From Octopus bimaculoides (lineage: Eukaryota): a stretch of DNA of 47,035 nucleotides. Shown one piece after another: positions 11,985 to 24,512 of the stretch (position 1 is the stretch's first letter; each line of letters opens with the position of its first letter). The stretch is taken from NCBI RefSeq assembly GCF_001194135.2, contig NC_068984.1:25936460-25983494 (forward strand). The letters are read 5' to 3'. The translations under genes were made by a program, and so were the position numbers. The notes under the pieces are model-generated. The model was not told where the DNA came from and made no database searches. It saw only the letters and a program-made list of their open reading frames with translations.

Positions 11985-12828
11985 NNNNNNNNNNNNNNNN
12001 NNNNNNNNNNNNNNNNNNNNNNNNNNNNNNNNNNNNNNNNNNNNNNNNNNNNNNNNNNNNNNNNNNNNNNNNNNNNNNNNNNNNNNNNNNNNNNNNNNNN
12101 NNNNNNNNNNNNNNNNNNNNNNNNNNNNNNNNNNNNNNNNNNNNNNNNNNNNNNNNNNNNNNNNNNNNNNNNNNNNNNNNNNNNNNNNNNNNNNNNNNNN
12201 NNNNNNNNNNNNNNNNNNNNNNNNNNNNNNNNNNNNNNNNNNNNNNNNNNNNNNNNNNNNNNNNNNNNNNNNNNNNNNNNNNNNNNNNNNNNNNNNNNNN
12301 NNNNNNNNNNNNNNNNNNNNNNNNNNNNNNNNNNNNNNNNNNNNNNNNNNNNNNNNNNNNNNNNNNNNNNNNNNNNNNNNNNNNNNNNNNNNNNNNNNNN
12401 NNNNNNNNNNNNNNNNNNNNNNNNNNNNNNNNNNNNNNNNNNNNNNNNNNNNNNNNNNNNNNNNNNNNNNNNNNNNNNNNNNNNNNNNNNNNNNNNNNNN
12501 NNNNNNNNNNNNNNNNNNNNNNNNNNNNNNNNNNNNNNNNNNNNNNNNNNNNNNNNNNNNNNNNNNNNNNNNNNNNNNNNNNNNNNNNNNNNNNNNNNNN
12601 NNNNNNNNNNNNNNNNNNNNNNNNNNNNNNNNNNNNNNNNNNNNNNNNNNNNNNNNNNNNNNNNNNNNNNNNNNNNNNNNNNNNNNNNNNNNNNNNNNNN
12701 NNNNNNNNNNNNNNNNNNNNNNNNNNNNNNNNNNNNNNNNNNNNNNNNNNNNNNNNNNNNNNNNNNNNNNNNNNNNNNNNNNNNNNNNNNNNNNNNNNNN
12801 NNNNNNNNNNNNNNNNNNNNNNNNNNNN

Positions 12829-12891
<63 letters not shown>

Positions 12892-13074
12892 ATCTCTGTG
12901 TTTATCGTCTCTATTTCTGTAAGTCTTTCTATATCCTCATGGCGTTATCTTTGTCACTCCTATCCTCATCCTTCTTTTTGCTACGACGTTCTCCATTTGG
13001 CTTTCATCTGTGAAAATTGTTATCATATTAGAATTACATATAAATTTCATATTTAAAGTTTCATCCGGTTTATA

Positions 13075-13392
13075 CCAGGTTTAGTCAAAAATGTTTTCGT
13101 ATTTTCACTGATTATTTTTGGCTGCTTGTTTCTCCATGTTATATCATTAATTTGATACAATTTGTTGTCCAGTCGTTACTAAATTGCTTATTCTTTAATT
13201 TAAACCTTTGATAATGAGTGGTGAAAAATTGTAATTAGAGCCATTTTACGTTGTCTGTGGAATAAAAAGAAATTAAGGATGTGGAAGGCCCAAGAACTGT
13301 CAAAAAACGTGTGACACTAAACTGATTTAGACGTTACAAGGAACGTAAACCCAGCCTCGAAAACAAACCAAAGTCAGGGAGAACCAAAGAAA
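13075..13392 (+). mobile_element. mariner-like transposon 5' fragment
   Basis: TA|CCAGGTTTAGTCAAAAATG left end. ATG near 13214 gives MSGEK..IRAILRCLWNKK...IKDVEGPRTVKKRVTLN*FRRYKERKPSLENKPKSGR, matching the mariner HTH motif WFRRFK.G..SLED.PRSGRP. Confidence 0.7.
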
Positions 13393-13437
13393 TAACGCGT
13401 AAACGGCTCCTTTCCCCAAGAAAGGAAAGATTTTTCT

Positions 13438-13532
13438 GCAATTTCTTGCACGCCCTGCTACCACGTAACACGTATTTCGGGTCCTTTATTGCAAATAACT
13501 GTTACGTGGTAACAGGGCGTGCTAGAAATAGC
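13438..13532. repeat. 33-bp inverted repeat (hairpin), 29-nt spacer
   Basis: GCAATTTCTTGCACGCCCTGCTACCACGTAACA (13438-13470) versus the reverse complement of 13500-13532: 30/33 identical. Confidence 0.92.
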
Positions 13533-13601
13533 AGCCAGATCTTTGGAGCTGAGATACGTTGAATGTACAAGAAAAAAATTTTGTAATGGTATTCCCTTGG
13601 A

Positions 13602-14203
13602 GCGATCTTTCGCTTTGATTCTCAGAACTGTTATCCAGTTCAGCTGGTTTTGTTCGTTAATTTCCGTAAAATTTTTTATTTATTTACTTTTGTTTTAAAA
13701 TGAAAGAGAGGAGAAAGTGAAAGATATATCAACGTGTATATGAAATGGACGTGTGTGTGAGAGATAGAGAGAGAGAGAAATAAAGAGAGAGAGAGAGAGA
13801 GAGAGAGTGCCACTTACACATAAATGAGAACACACACGTTCAATCATACACACACACACTCTCTCTCACACAGACATGCACACGTATATACAAAAAAGAT
13901 GTACGCATATGTATTGATGTATGTACGAAAACATGACAACACACCCCTTCACTCACTCACTCACTCACTCACTCACTCACTCACTCACTCACTCACTCAC
14001 TCACTCACTCAATCACTCACTCTCTCTCTTTCTCTTTCACACACACACGTTCATTTCATATACACGTATATACATCTTTCACTTTTTCCTCTCTTTCACT
14101 TTTTCCTCTCTTTCACTTTAAAACAAAAGTAAGTAAATAAAATTTTTTTACGGAAATTAACGAACTCTGGATGACAATTCTGAGAGTTAAAGTGAAAGAT
14201 CAC
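13602..14203. repeat. Foldback / MITE-like element with about 200-bp imperfect inverted arms around a microsatellite-rich core
   Basis: The left arm (13602 to about 13806) GCGATCTTTCGCTTTGATTCTCAGAA...GTTCGTTAATTTCCGTAAAA...TTTACTTTTGTTTTAAA...GAAAGAGAGGAGAAAGTGAAAGA is mirrored by about 14000-14203. No TSD identified. Confidence 0.8.
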
Positions 14204-14517
14204 CATTCACACGAAAAAAAAAGAAACATGAAAATATTGTCTATTTAAAGAAAACTAAATATAAATACGGAGATGTACTTGCATAGCAAGTGACCTGATC
14301 TGAGATCTGAGATCTTTACTACAGAAACAACGTTTTTTGAAATCACATTCAGTTATAAATATTTCTAAATGATTAAAATATTATGTACGTCAAAAAGTCG
14401 ATGTTTTTTTTCTTAGAGAGCGCGAAGACTATGTGTGTGTATATGTCACAGATAGCGGACGTATTTTGTGTTGATACGCCATGACATTCATTATATGTGT
14501 GTGTATTCTGTATGTGT

Positions 14518-14532
14518 TGACGTCACGGAAGT
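14518..14532 (+). promoter_or_regulatory. Abutting CRE (TGACGTCA) and ETS-like (CGGAAGT) motifs
   Basis: Sequence TGACGTCACGGAAGT. Motif match only, and it may lie inside a repeat. Confidence 0.2.
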
Positions 14533-15261
14533 CATTTTTTTTTTCGTCAAGAAATAACAAAAATTATGTTTAATCCTTTTCATTAATAAATAGAGGTCCA
14601 AACCACAAAAATCTGCACTGTACTGCCAAAGTACGAAAATAAATATGCAAAAAAAAAATACTATTTCTGAGATATTTCGGGTACAAACAAGCATCTAGAC
14701 NNNNNNNNNNNNNNNNNNNNNNNNNNNNNNNNNNNNNNNNNNNNNNNNNNNNNNNNNNNNNNNNNNNNNNNNNNNNNNNNNNNNNNNNNNNNNNNNNNNN
14801 NNNNNNNNNNNNNNNNNNNNNNNNNNNNNNNNNNNNNNNNNNNNNNNNNNNNNNNNNNNNNNNNNNNNNNNNNNNNNNNNNNNNNNNNNNNNNNNNNNNN
14901 NNNNNNNNNNNNNNNNNNNNNNNNNNNNNNNNNNNNNNNNNNNNNNNNNNNNNNNNNNNNNNNNNNNNNNNNNNNNNNNNNNNNNNNNNNNNNNNNNNNN
15001 NNNNNNNNNNNNNNNNNNNNNNNNNNNNNNNNNNNNNNNNNNNNNNNNNNNNNNNNNNNNNNNNNNNNNNNNNNNNNNNNNNNNNNNNNNNNNNNNNNNN
15101 NNNNNNNNNNNNNNNNNNNNNNNNNNNNNNNNNNNNNNNNNNNNNNNNNNNNNNNNNNNNNNNNNNNNNNNNNNNNNNNNNNNNNNNNNNNNNNNNNNNN
15201 NNNNNNNNNNNNNNNNNNNNNNNNNNNNNNNNNNNNNNNNNNNNNNNNNNNNNNNNNNNNN

Positions 15262-15300
<39 letters not shown>

Positions 15301-15301
<1 letters not shown>

Positions 15302-16233
15302 TAACAGACACACTCGGCGTTGCTCAGGATTTGAATGCTACAGTTTGTATATATGGTACGGTTAACTTGAAACATGTGATACGGGGAAGTGCAGCATTGA
15401 CAACAAACATCTGTGGAGTAAATGAAGGGGCTAATTCGACTAAGTAGCATGTCTGTTTGGAAGATTCCAAGCCCTAACATTGTCATGGAAAAGTGGGTGG
15501 GGGTATGTGATTTTTGAANNNNNNNNNNATGGAAAAGTGGGTGGGGGTATGTGATTTTTGAACGCACCAAAAAGCTCTTAGGGGATATACTCTCCTTTGC
15601 AGCTGTCGGTGCTGCCGCTATCACGCTGAACAATCGGTAGAGATAGGAACTACATCTATATGAGAAATTAAACCTGTGGGCGCCCTCAGCAGCATCACAT
15701 GAGAGAAATCTACCTGAAAATTAAGGACATGGTAAGGAGTGGGGAATTGGCTGAAGCTGTTAATGCAGCATTCCTGGCCAGGCGAATACTACGCTGCTCA
15801 TCGCTTTCCATTGCTCTTGCCGTAGCTGTACATGCAGCATTTTGTGATTGTCTAATTGAAGTTTTATGTGACGATCCATTTGCTTTCCTTCTTTTCAATT
15901 TCTCTGCTACCCCCGTTTGTCGACCAATAGAGGATCTCTTCTTTGGAGACATTTTGTCAAGAAATATGACATAATAAACTAAGATGACAACTGTACGTTA
16001 ATAATGAAATCTCAATAAAAAAAGGTAAATAATATCAATATCCTAGCAAATTTTAAGAAACTTTACTTCTCAAAGAGTTACCCCCTTCTCCACAGTAGTC
16101 ACATTTATCTCAGGAAAGGGAGTTCTCTGGCCTCAGAGGTCCCATTACTCATTGTGCGAAAAATTTTAAGAGTCTAAAACCATCTCTGGAACATAAGTAA
16201 TGTGTTTCCAGTTTGAAGAAAATGAGTTGCGAA

Positions 16234-16265
<32 letters not shown>
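15301..16265 (-). mobile_element. Non-autonomous Helitron with remnant of the Rep/helicase N-terminus; 5' end runs into the gap
   Basis: The minus-strand 3' end CCTGAGCAACGCCGAGTGTGTCTGTTAG|T resembles the Helitron GCAACGCC hairpin plus CTAG terminus before a T. ORF 15710-15952 (MSPKKRSSIGRQ...SIRQSQNAACTATARAMESDEQRSIRLARNAA) has the 23-aa repeat typical of Helitron N-termini. A (TG)n tract lies near the 5' end. Confidence 0.72.
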
Positions 16266-17205
16266 NNNNNNNNNNNNNNNNNNNNNNNNNNNNNNNNNNN
16301 NNNNNNNNNNNNNNNNNNNNNNNNNNNNNNNNNNNNNNNNNTATAAATATTACATATATGTGTGTGTATATATGTATATCTACATATCACATTCACACAT
16401 ATCCATATCCATATACATATATATATATATATATATATATGACATAAATACGTACATAACATACATAGGCACACGCACATTCATGTATAGAAGTTACTAT
16501 TGTAATCTTGGCAATCCGTTTAAATAAATTACAAGTGCTATTCGCTGTGTTGTTTTTTTTTATACTTTGATATACTGCAGAATAAACCAATTGATATTAT
16601 CACAACCGCTATTATAAAAAACATATTATGTCAGATTGACCGAGTTGCACAGAACAGGGCTAACACGTCATACATTATTTTAAGGGACGAAATATCAAAA
16701 ACACATAATCTATACAAATCGGTGTAATCTTTTAATTTAATTAATTCTTTAATAATGTGGGTATAAGCACCATTTCCCCGTGTATATCCAAAAGAAGGGT
16801 CATCAGTTTCTGATGAATTTTTAACGATATTAGAAACTACTTCTGCTACTCCCTCTTTTGTCTACGATGAGATTGTATAAATAAAGATGGTACTTAACAA
16901 TTATCTAGTGTCTTTAATTGATTTTAATTGTTTTACACAAACATTGTGGCCTAAAATGTAGACGTTTGTTCTGAAGTGTGTCATAGCAAGTGTGTTTATG
17001 TATGTATGTATGTATGTATGTATGTATGTATGTATGTATGTATGTATGCATGTATGTATGTATTTATGTATGAATGTCTATATGTATGTATTTATATATA
17101 TTTATTTACACAGATACACGTATATGGATATACGTACATATACATCTATATATGCCTATATCTATCTACCTGCCTATCTATCTATACGTATACACACACC
17201 CACAG

Positions 17206-17247
<42 letters not shown>

Positions 17248-17793
17248 GTATATGTATATGCACACAGGCACACACTTCAACTTACGCCCGCGCACACATG
17301 CATACATACGCACACATATGAATCTCTCTGCACATTCACATTTCTTTGCGTGTTGGTATCTAGATCATTACTTTCTCTGACTTTCAAAAAATGTATTTGT
17401 TTACGGGAAGTTGATAATAGATAACATGTGGGAACGAACGAAAATTTAAAATAAAATGAATTCAAAATCATCCAGATGTCTTCCCGATGTTTGTATCTTT
17501 CTATGTTTGTGAATATGTGAGTGGTGTGTGTATGTTCGTATGTGTGTATGTTCTTGTATGTGTGTGCGTGTGTGTGTGTCTGTGTGTATGTGTGCGTGCG
17601 TAATGTATGTGAGTGTGTATGTGTGTATGTATGTATGTGAGTGTGTATGTGCGTGTGTGGGTACGTGTGTGTATGTATGTATTTATGTATGTGAGTATGT
17701 GTGCGTGCGAATGTATGTGTGTGTGTATGTGTGTGTGTGTGTGTGTNNNNNNNNNNGTATGTATTTATGTATGTGAGTATGTGTGCGTGCGAA

Positions 17794-17829
<36 letters not shown>

Positions 17830-18789
17830 CGCAAGCCCTCGGTTTGTATGTGTATGTGGAAATTGGAGGGAAAAGTAAAATGTTATCTTTACGTTTTCTT
17901 CAGATTAATAAGATATATTTATAAGTGATTATTAAATAATGAGTTAAAACATTCTCAATTACTACGACAATTCGTCTTCAGTAATAAAGAAAAAAAAAAC
18001 AAAGCTAAAAAGCGAAAAAACAAATATATAGCGGAGTGTTAAAATTATATAAATGAACAATACAGCTTTAACGAAAAACAATCGCATGAATTTGGTTAAG
18101 TGAAGAGCGGATGTACTGAATACTGTACTTTGCACTGAAATCTTTATTTTCGTAAGAGAAAAAAAAAAGACAAAATCCTGGTGGCAGTTGCTAGAGACAC
18201 CCTAAGGTAAGAGGAGATAATTTGAAGAAATCAAAAGTTAATCTCTCAAAGTCAATCCACATGCTTAGGGAGAATAGTGTAATCTTTGTTTGCAGGTGAG
18301 GGACAGCTATGGGCATATTGCGGTCTATTAGACTTTATCATCAGAGTAAAGTCTGCCCAAGCCTGTTTTGGACTGTTGATAATTGTTTTGCATTTAGAAA
18401 AGTTACGAATAGGTTTTGGCCAGTATAATTTGTATATTTAAAAATAAATGGGTTTATGGCATAAATTGATCAAAACGGAAGAGTAGCGTAGTAAATGCTT
18501 TGTGTTTAGTTATGTTCATTTACATTATTGACTTCGAATGCTAGGGACAACGACACAAGATCGGACAACCCGATAGGTGCAAATACGGTTATGGCTTTTT
18601 AACTGTTCAACTGTTGCGTTTGAAGGTGAAAAAGATGCCAAAGTTATTTACAACAGGCGGTTTCCAACCTTTTTTGCATCACGGACCTATTTCTTGCAAG
18701 GCAATTTTTCCACGGACCGGAGTGGTGGTGTCATGCGCATAACAAAACACAATAAAGTGCATGATATACAATCTAATTATTACACATAT

Positions 18790-18940
18790 CCCAGGTTCTT
18801 TGTTGGTTACGATGACAAGTGTTCCAGTTGATTCAATCAACGGAACAGCCTGCTCGTGAAATTAACGTGAATGTGACTGAGCACTCCACAGGCACGCGTA
18901 CACTTAACGTAGTTCTCAGAGACATTCAGTGACACAGAAC
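18790..18940 (-). mobile_element. 5'-truncated SINE family B
   Basis: TTCCAGTTGATTCAATCAACGGAACAGCCTGCTCGTGAAATTAACGTG...GAGCACTCCACAG...CTTAACGTAGTTCTC is the reverse complement of about 9295-9430. Confidence 0.85.
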
Positions 18941-18946
18941 GGGATA

Positions 18947-20082
18947 TGTCTGGTAAGAAAGTAATTTCTTTTTTCGCAAATAGATAGAGTTACGACTTTT
19001 TTGAATGACTTTTGTCAATGTTATGACAAAAAAGCTGCTGAGGCTCACAAAGAGATATGTGAAGTTTATGATGTTGATTGCTTAACAGAAAGCACATTTC
19101 AAAAATAGTTAAAAAATTCCGTTCTGGAGATTTTTCACTGAAAGATGACCAACGTTCTGGTCGACCTGCTGAAGGTCTGAATCATGATGATGACCGAATC
19201 AAAGCCATAATTGAATCTGATTGTCATATAACTGTCCGAGAGATTGCAGAGAGGTTAAATGTATCACATATAACAATTGAAAATCACTTAAGATGTCTTG
19301 GACTCGTTAAGAAGCTCGATATTTGGGTTCCACATATATTGAAAGAGATTCACTTAACACAACGAAACAATATTTGCGTTATGCATCTCAAACGCAATGA
19401 AATCGACCTTGTTTTGAAACGAATCATCACTTGTAATGAAAAATGGATTGTCTACTATAACATCAATCGAAAACGATCATGGTCCAAGCGTAATGAACCA
19501 GCACAAATCACATCGAAAGCTGAATTGCATCAAAAAAAGTCATGCTGTCAATTTGGTTGGATTATAAAGGCGTTACATATTTTGACCTGCTTCCAAGGAA
19601 CTAAACGATCAATTCAGATGCTTGCTGTCAACAAGTAATGAAACTGGAAGAAGCAATCAAAGAAAAAAGGCCAGAATCGGCCAATCGTAAAGGAATCGTG
19701 TTTCGCCATGACAACGCTAGACCACACACGTCTTTACTAACTCGGGAAAAATTATTGGAGCTTGGTTGGGAAAGGATGTTACATCCACCATATAGTCCTG
19801 ACCTTGTACCATTAGATTACCATTTATTTCGAAGTTTGCAAAATTCTTTGAATGGTAAAACTTTCAATAATAATGATAACCTGAAATAACACTTGCTTCA
19901 GTTTTTGGCTGATAAGGACCAGAAGTTTTATGAGCGCAGAATCATGAAGTTGCCAGAAAGATGGCAAAAGGTCATCGAACAAAATAGAAAATATATAATT
20001 GATTAAAGTTCATTCATTGTATGAAACAAAAACGACTGACTTTTATTTCACACTAAAAAACCGAAATTACTTTCTTGCCATA
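18947..20082 (+). mobile_element. Near full-length mariner (DD34D, mellifera-like) with pseudogenised transposase
   Basis: TIRs TGGTAAGAAAGTAATTTC (18951-18968) and GAAATTACTTTCTTGCCA (20063-20080). Motifs RSGRP, WVPH, TCNEKW (first D lost), HDNARPH and HPPYSPDLVPLDY, with 34 residues between the last two D. Frameshifts and stops; terminal stop 20004-20006. Confidence 0.95.
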
Positions 20083-21990
20083 TATAATACAAAAACACCC
20101 ACACATTGCGATAGTCAATAGAACAAAGAAAATTAAAAGATTTATTCTTTCTCTGCAGCCCAGTACCAAATGATCCACAGGCCGGTAGTTGGGGGCTCCT
20201 GGTTAAAAGTATTTCTGTGTCTGTGAGAGATACATGTAAGGGATTAAACTAATTGGTATAAATTGTTGAGTATTGCAAAAAATTCGGTTTGTACAAGAGT
20301 ACGGTATGAATATGAGAGACAAGTTGTGTGTGTGTGTGTTGAAGTTACCAAGAAAACGATGACACTCATTTCCATATAATCTCATCAAGTTAAACAGTCA
20401 TGTTATTAGGCTTATAGAAAGCTGCTCATAATTGCTATATTCGAAATTTCCATTCATTATTCAGCATCTAGCGTTTAATTTTGATGTGCGAGAAACCAGT
20501 TGCCAAATGTTTCCAAAAAGTGTAGACTTTTTCAGAAATCGAAATACCGTGTTCATTTTTAAGGTTATGCCCTGCGTTTCATATCTTTTAATATTCCTTT
20601 TTAACGAAGTAAATGTTAGTTCATATGTATAAATCCCATACTGATAAATCACATGCAAGGGTTTATTGCCTATCTACATGGGCATGTGCAAATCTGAGAA
20701 AGCATTTTGTGGAAGAAGTCCCTCTCTACGACCCTAGTGTTGTCTAAGGGAGAAACTTCTTTTAAAAGCCAGTACGTGGCAGATGTAACCGTCAGAATAA
20801 TGCTAACCAACTACCCTTGACTGGTAATTTTTTTATCGACCTCGAATAAATGAAAAACAAAGTTGATCTTGGTGAGATTTGGACTCAAAGTGTAGAGAAC
20901 TGGAACAATTAGTATGTACAAAAGAAGGGAATTCTTTGAATTTTCGTGATCAGAATATAGCGATCATTGAAAGTACTACATCACCTGGAGTTTATTTTCG
21001 ACAAATAAGTGAACTGAAGCAGTATAATATAATGTACCGTGTCCAGCAAGATTTTGAACTCACAGTCTAATACCTATTCGTTCGGTCATCCGCGTTGCAT
21101 TATTTTAAACTCAATCTTCCAATGAAATTATCCTAGTTTTTGTTTTGCTACCATGGACACAAACAAAAGTTTCATTTATTACGTCACAATGTTGCATATG
21201 TGACGGCAGTTGGGATTGATGAAAAAACTGATCAAATATAGAGGAATCTAATAATATAAAAAATTGCTTGGAATGTCTTCCACAGCATTTAATGTTTTCT
21301 CCGTGTCGTTGTTATGGAACTTGGTTACTTGTTACGTACAAAATCAACAGCAGAGGTAAATTATCAAACTGACATCTATGTCTTACTTTAGGTTCTGTCT
21401 TGTTTTTTCTGTAATATTCTTCTTAGGAATGTCTTTCTGATTTAACTGCCGAATTTGTCCCCACTGGATTGTTGTTATTGGCTGTTATTTCTTTCAGTAA
21501 AATTGCTATTGCTTGCGTACGTAATTATTTTGACTAATACGCCATTTTTACATTCTGGTTTCAATTCTCGCTGGAGTCGCCTTTGCCTTTCAACATTCCG
21601 AGGTCGATAAAATAAACAACAGCCACATACTGGAGACCGTTTAATTGAGTGTACTCTCCCTTTAAAATATGTGCGCTATATTAGAAGCAATTATTAATGT
21701 ATATATATTTGAAAATCTTGTCCCGGAGGCCTTATTATTTCGATTATTGAAATTTAGCATCTTTTAAAATAAGGTGGTGAACATCTCATAATTATAACGC
21801 TTGATATCTGAAACAGGCACAGTAAGATTCGATCTGGAGACTATAAACTGTCTGGCTACGTTTCCATGTGTGAATTACAATTTAGAAAATTAAGGAGGTG
21901 ACGAGAGAAAGTAAAAATTTCACAGAAACAAATTTCCGAACAAGAGTTTCGACAAATAGTTTGCAAGGAAGTTAGTCAACACACATGTAT

Positions 21991-22029
<39 letters not shown>

Positions 22030-23199
22030 CACGCACGCACGCACACACACACATACACACACATACACACAAACACACACACACATACACANNNNNNNNN
22101 NNNNNNNNNNNNNNNNNNNNNNNNNNNNNNNNNNNNNNNNNNNNNNNNNNNNNNNNNNNNNNNNNNNNNNNNNNNNNNNNNNNNNNNNNNNNNNNNNNNN
22201 NNNNNNNNNNNNNNNNNNNNNNNNNNNNNNNNNNNNNNNNNNNNNNNNNNNNNNNNNNNNNNNNNNNNNNNNNNNNNNNNNNNNNNNNNNNNNNNNNNNN
22301 NNNNNNNNNNNNNNNNNNNNNNNNNNNNNNNNNNNNNNNNNNNNNNNNNNNNNNNNNNNNNNNNNNNNNNNNNNNNNNNNNNNNNNNNNNNNNNNNNNNN
22401 NNNNNNNNNNNNNNNNNNNNNNNNNNNNNNNNNNNNNNNNNNNNNNNNNNNNNNNNNNNNNNNNNNNNNNNNNNNNNNNNNNNNNNNNNNNNNNNNNNNN
22501 NNNNNNNNNNNNNNNNNNNNNNNNNNNNNNNNNNNNNNNNNNNNNNNNNNNNNNNNNNNNNNNNNNNNNNNNNNNNNNNNNNNNNNNNNNNNNNNNNNNN
22601 NNNNNNNNNNNNNNNNNNNNNNNNNNNNNNNNNNNNNNNNNNNNNNNNNNNNNNNNNNNNNNNNNNNNNNNNNNNNNNNNNNNNNNNNNNNNNNNNNNNN
22701 NNNNNNNNNNNNNNNNNNNNNNNNNNNNNNNNNNNNNNNNNNNNNNNNNNNNNNNNNNNNNNNNNNNNNNNNNNNNNNNNNNNNNNNNNNNNNNNNNNNN
22801 NNNNNNNNNNNNNNNNNNNNNNNNNNNNNNNNNNNNNNNNNNNNNNNNNNNNNNNNNNNNNNNNNNNNNNNNNNNNNNNNNNNNNNNNNNNNNNNNNNNN
22901 NNNNNNNNNNNNNNNNNNNNNNNNNNNNNNNNNNNNNNNNNNNNNNNNNNNNNNNNNNNNNNNNNNNNNNNNNNNNNNNNNNNNNNNNNNNNGTGTGTGT
23001 GTGTGTGTGTGTGCGTGCGCGCGCGCGTATTTTGACATTTTGAAATATATTAACTGAAGGAGGTGTGTAAGGAAGGCGTTTCCTGTTATTATATTACGAT
23101 CTGAAACACGCATATTAAATACTTGCAAAATATCATTTGGTTTGACTTCATTATTACAAATTAAATACATACATATATATGTGTGTATATATATATCAC

Positions 23200-23470
23200 C
23201 ATCATCATCATCATCATTTAATGTCCGTTGTCCATGCTGGCATAGGTTGGACGGTTTGACTAGGGCTGGTAAGCTGAGGGGCAGCACTAGACTCCGGTCT
23301 GATTTGGCAAAGTTTCTACGGTTGGAAGCCCTTCCTAATGCCAATCACTCCGAGAGTGTAATGGGTGATTTTACGTGCCACCGGCGCGTGGGCGCGGGTG
23401 CCAGTTGTGTGACACCAGTATCCGTCACGACTTCGATTTCACTTGGCTTGATGAGTATTCTCAAGCACAG
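23200..23470 (-). mobile_element. Retroposon 3' end (family D) with (ATG)n tail
   Basis: (ATC)n followed by TTTAATGTCCGTTGTCCATGCTGGCATAGGTTGGACGG and the motif CGGTTGGAAGCCCTTCCTAATGCCAATCAC (23319-23348), which I recall from RTE-associated LINE/SINE repeats. Family assignment is inference. Confidence 0.5.
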
Positions 23471-23954
23471 CATAAAGGGTGTCGAGTGACAAAGACGTTA
23501 GGGAGTTTTGATGAACTACCTTGTATTTTCTGATGGCCCTTTATTTTCAGAACTTGCCGGTTCGGTACGATAGGGTCGATGAAGTACCAGGCAATTCCTT
23601 TCGTCAATTTAATCGACTGTACCATCCACTTCTCATAATTTCTGGCTTTATGTCAGTATTACATATATTTACCATTATGTTATTATTTTGTTTGGCCAGA
23701 GGTCAGCCTTGGTTGATCACACATATCACCAAAACATGTCAGCCTTGACCACTCCGTATATCTTCAGGTATAATTTAATGTACCCTGGATTATATAATCC
23801 AATGTGTCTTTTTTCTTAGAAAAGTAGGTGTGATACAAGGGAAAATCTATTTATATTTCTACCTGGTTTAGCGATCATATAGAAGCCTCTTCATGGAATT
23901 ATCTTTATCATTATCGTGGGAGTGATGTATCTTGTACCTTAATTCTCATATTTA

Positions 23955-24105
23955 TGGCAGAATCATTAGGGCGTCTCTTTACAGTCTGAGTTTAAATTCC
24001 GCCTAGGTCGACTTTGTCTTTCATTCTTTCGAGGTCGATGTTATTGACTAATCTCATACCTAATATTTCAGGCATCATGCCTATCTATTGTAGAAAGGAT
24101 TATTA
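23955..24105 (+). mobile_element. SINE family A, internally deleted
   Basis: TGGCAGAATCATTAG...CTGAGTTTAAATTCCGCCTAGGTCGACTTTG...GAGGTCGATGTTATTGAC. Confidence 0.7.
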
Positions 24106-24296
24106 TTATTATTATGTTTTGGTTTTTCCTTAATTTATACCAGTTGCTCACAAGTCTCGATCAGAGACGTCGAGAGACAACAAGGTTTTTGCATCAGATG
24201 CTAACAGGTGAGGTACCATGCATCTAAAAACACTGATATCTGTGGGAGAGAAAAGAAAAGAGTAGTGAATAAGGTTGCATTTACATAGGAATTTAT

Positions 24297-24308
24297 GTTG
24301 TTGTTGTT

Positions 24309-24383
<75 letters not shown>
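24297..24383. repeat. (TTG)n-(TTA)n compound microsatellite
   Basis: Direct observation. Confidence 0.95.
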
Positions 24384-24512
24384 GTCGTTGCACAGCTTCT
24401 AACGTTGGAGATGTACCCCGGTGTCACCACCAGTGAACTAACGTAACACCCCTTATTTTTCGAGTACCATTCGGAGTATTTGAGCGGTTCCAAGCAGAGC
24501 TGTTTTCTCTGG

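Larger units (their letters stand above)
18654..20201. mobile_element. hAT/Charlie-like MITE split by a SINE fragment and a mariner
   Basis: Left end CAGGCGGTTTCCAACCTTTTTTG...AATTTTTCCACGGACCGG and right end GATCCACAGGCCGGTAGTTGGGGGCTCCTG resemble MER1/Charlie-type termini (CAGGGGTCCCCAACC). The 8-bp TSD is not convincing. Confidence 0.55.

Noticed and set aside
16765-16810. Minus-strand CTGATGA-CCC...GGG-GAAA hammerhead-like string
   Set aside because: Wrong 10.1-11.1 pair and no stem I pairing; likely chance.
20879-21070. 63-aa ORF MDSKCRELEQ...
   Set aside because: It starts inside a degenerate SINE A B-box region, has no convincing splice sites and no recognisable motif.
21286-21355. 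SPCRCYGT resembling the RING-CH (MARCH) motif
   Set aside because: The required downstream H-x2-C and W residues are absent.
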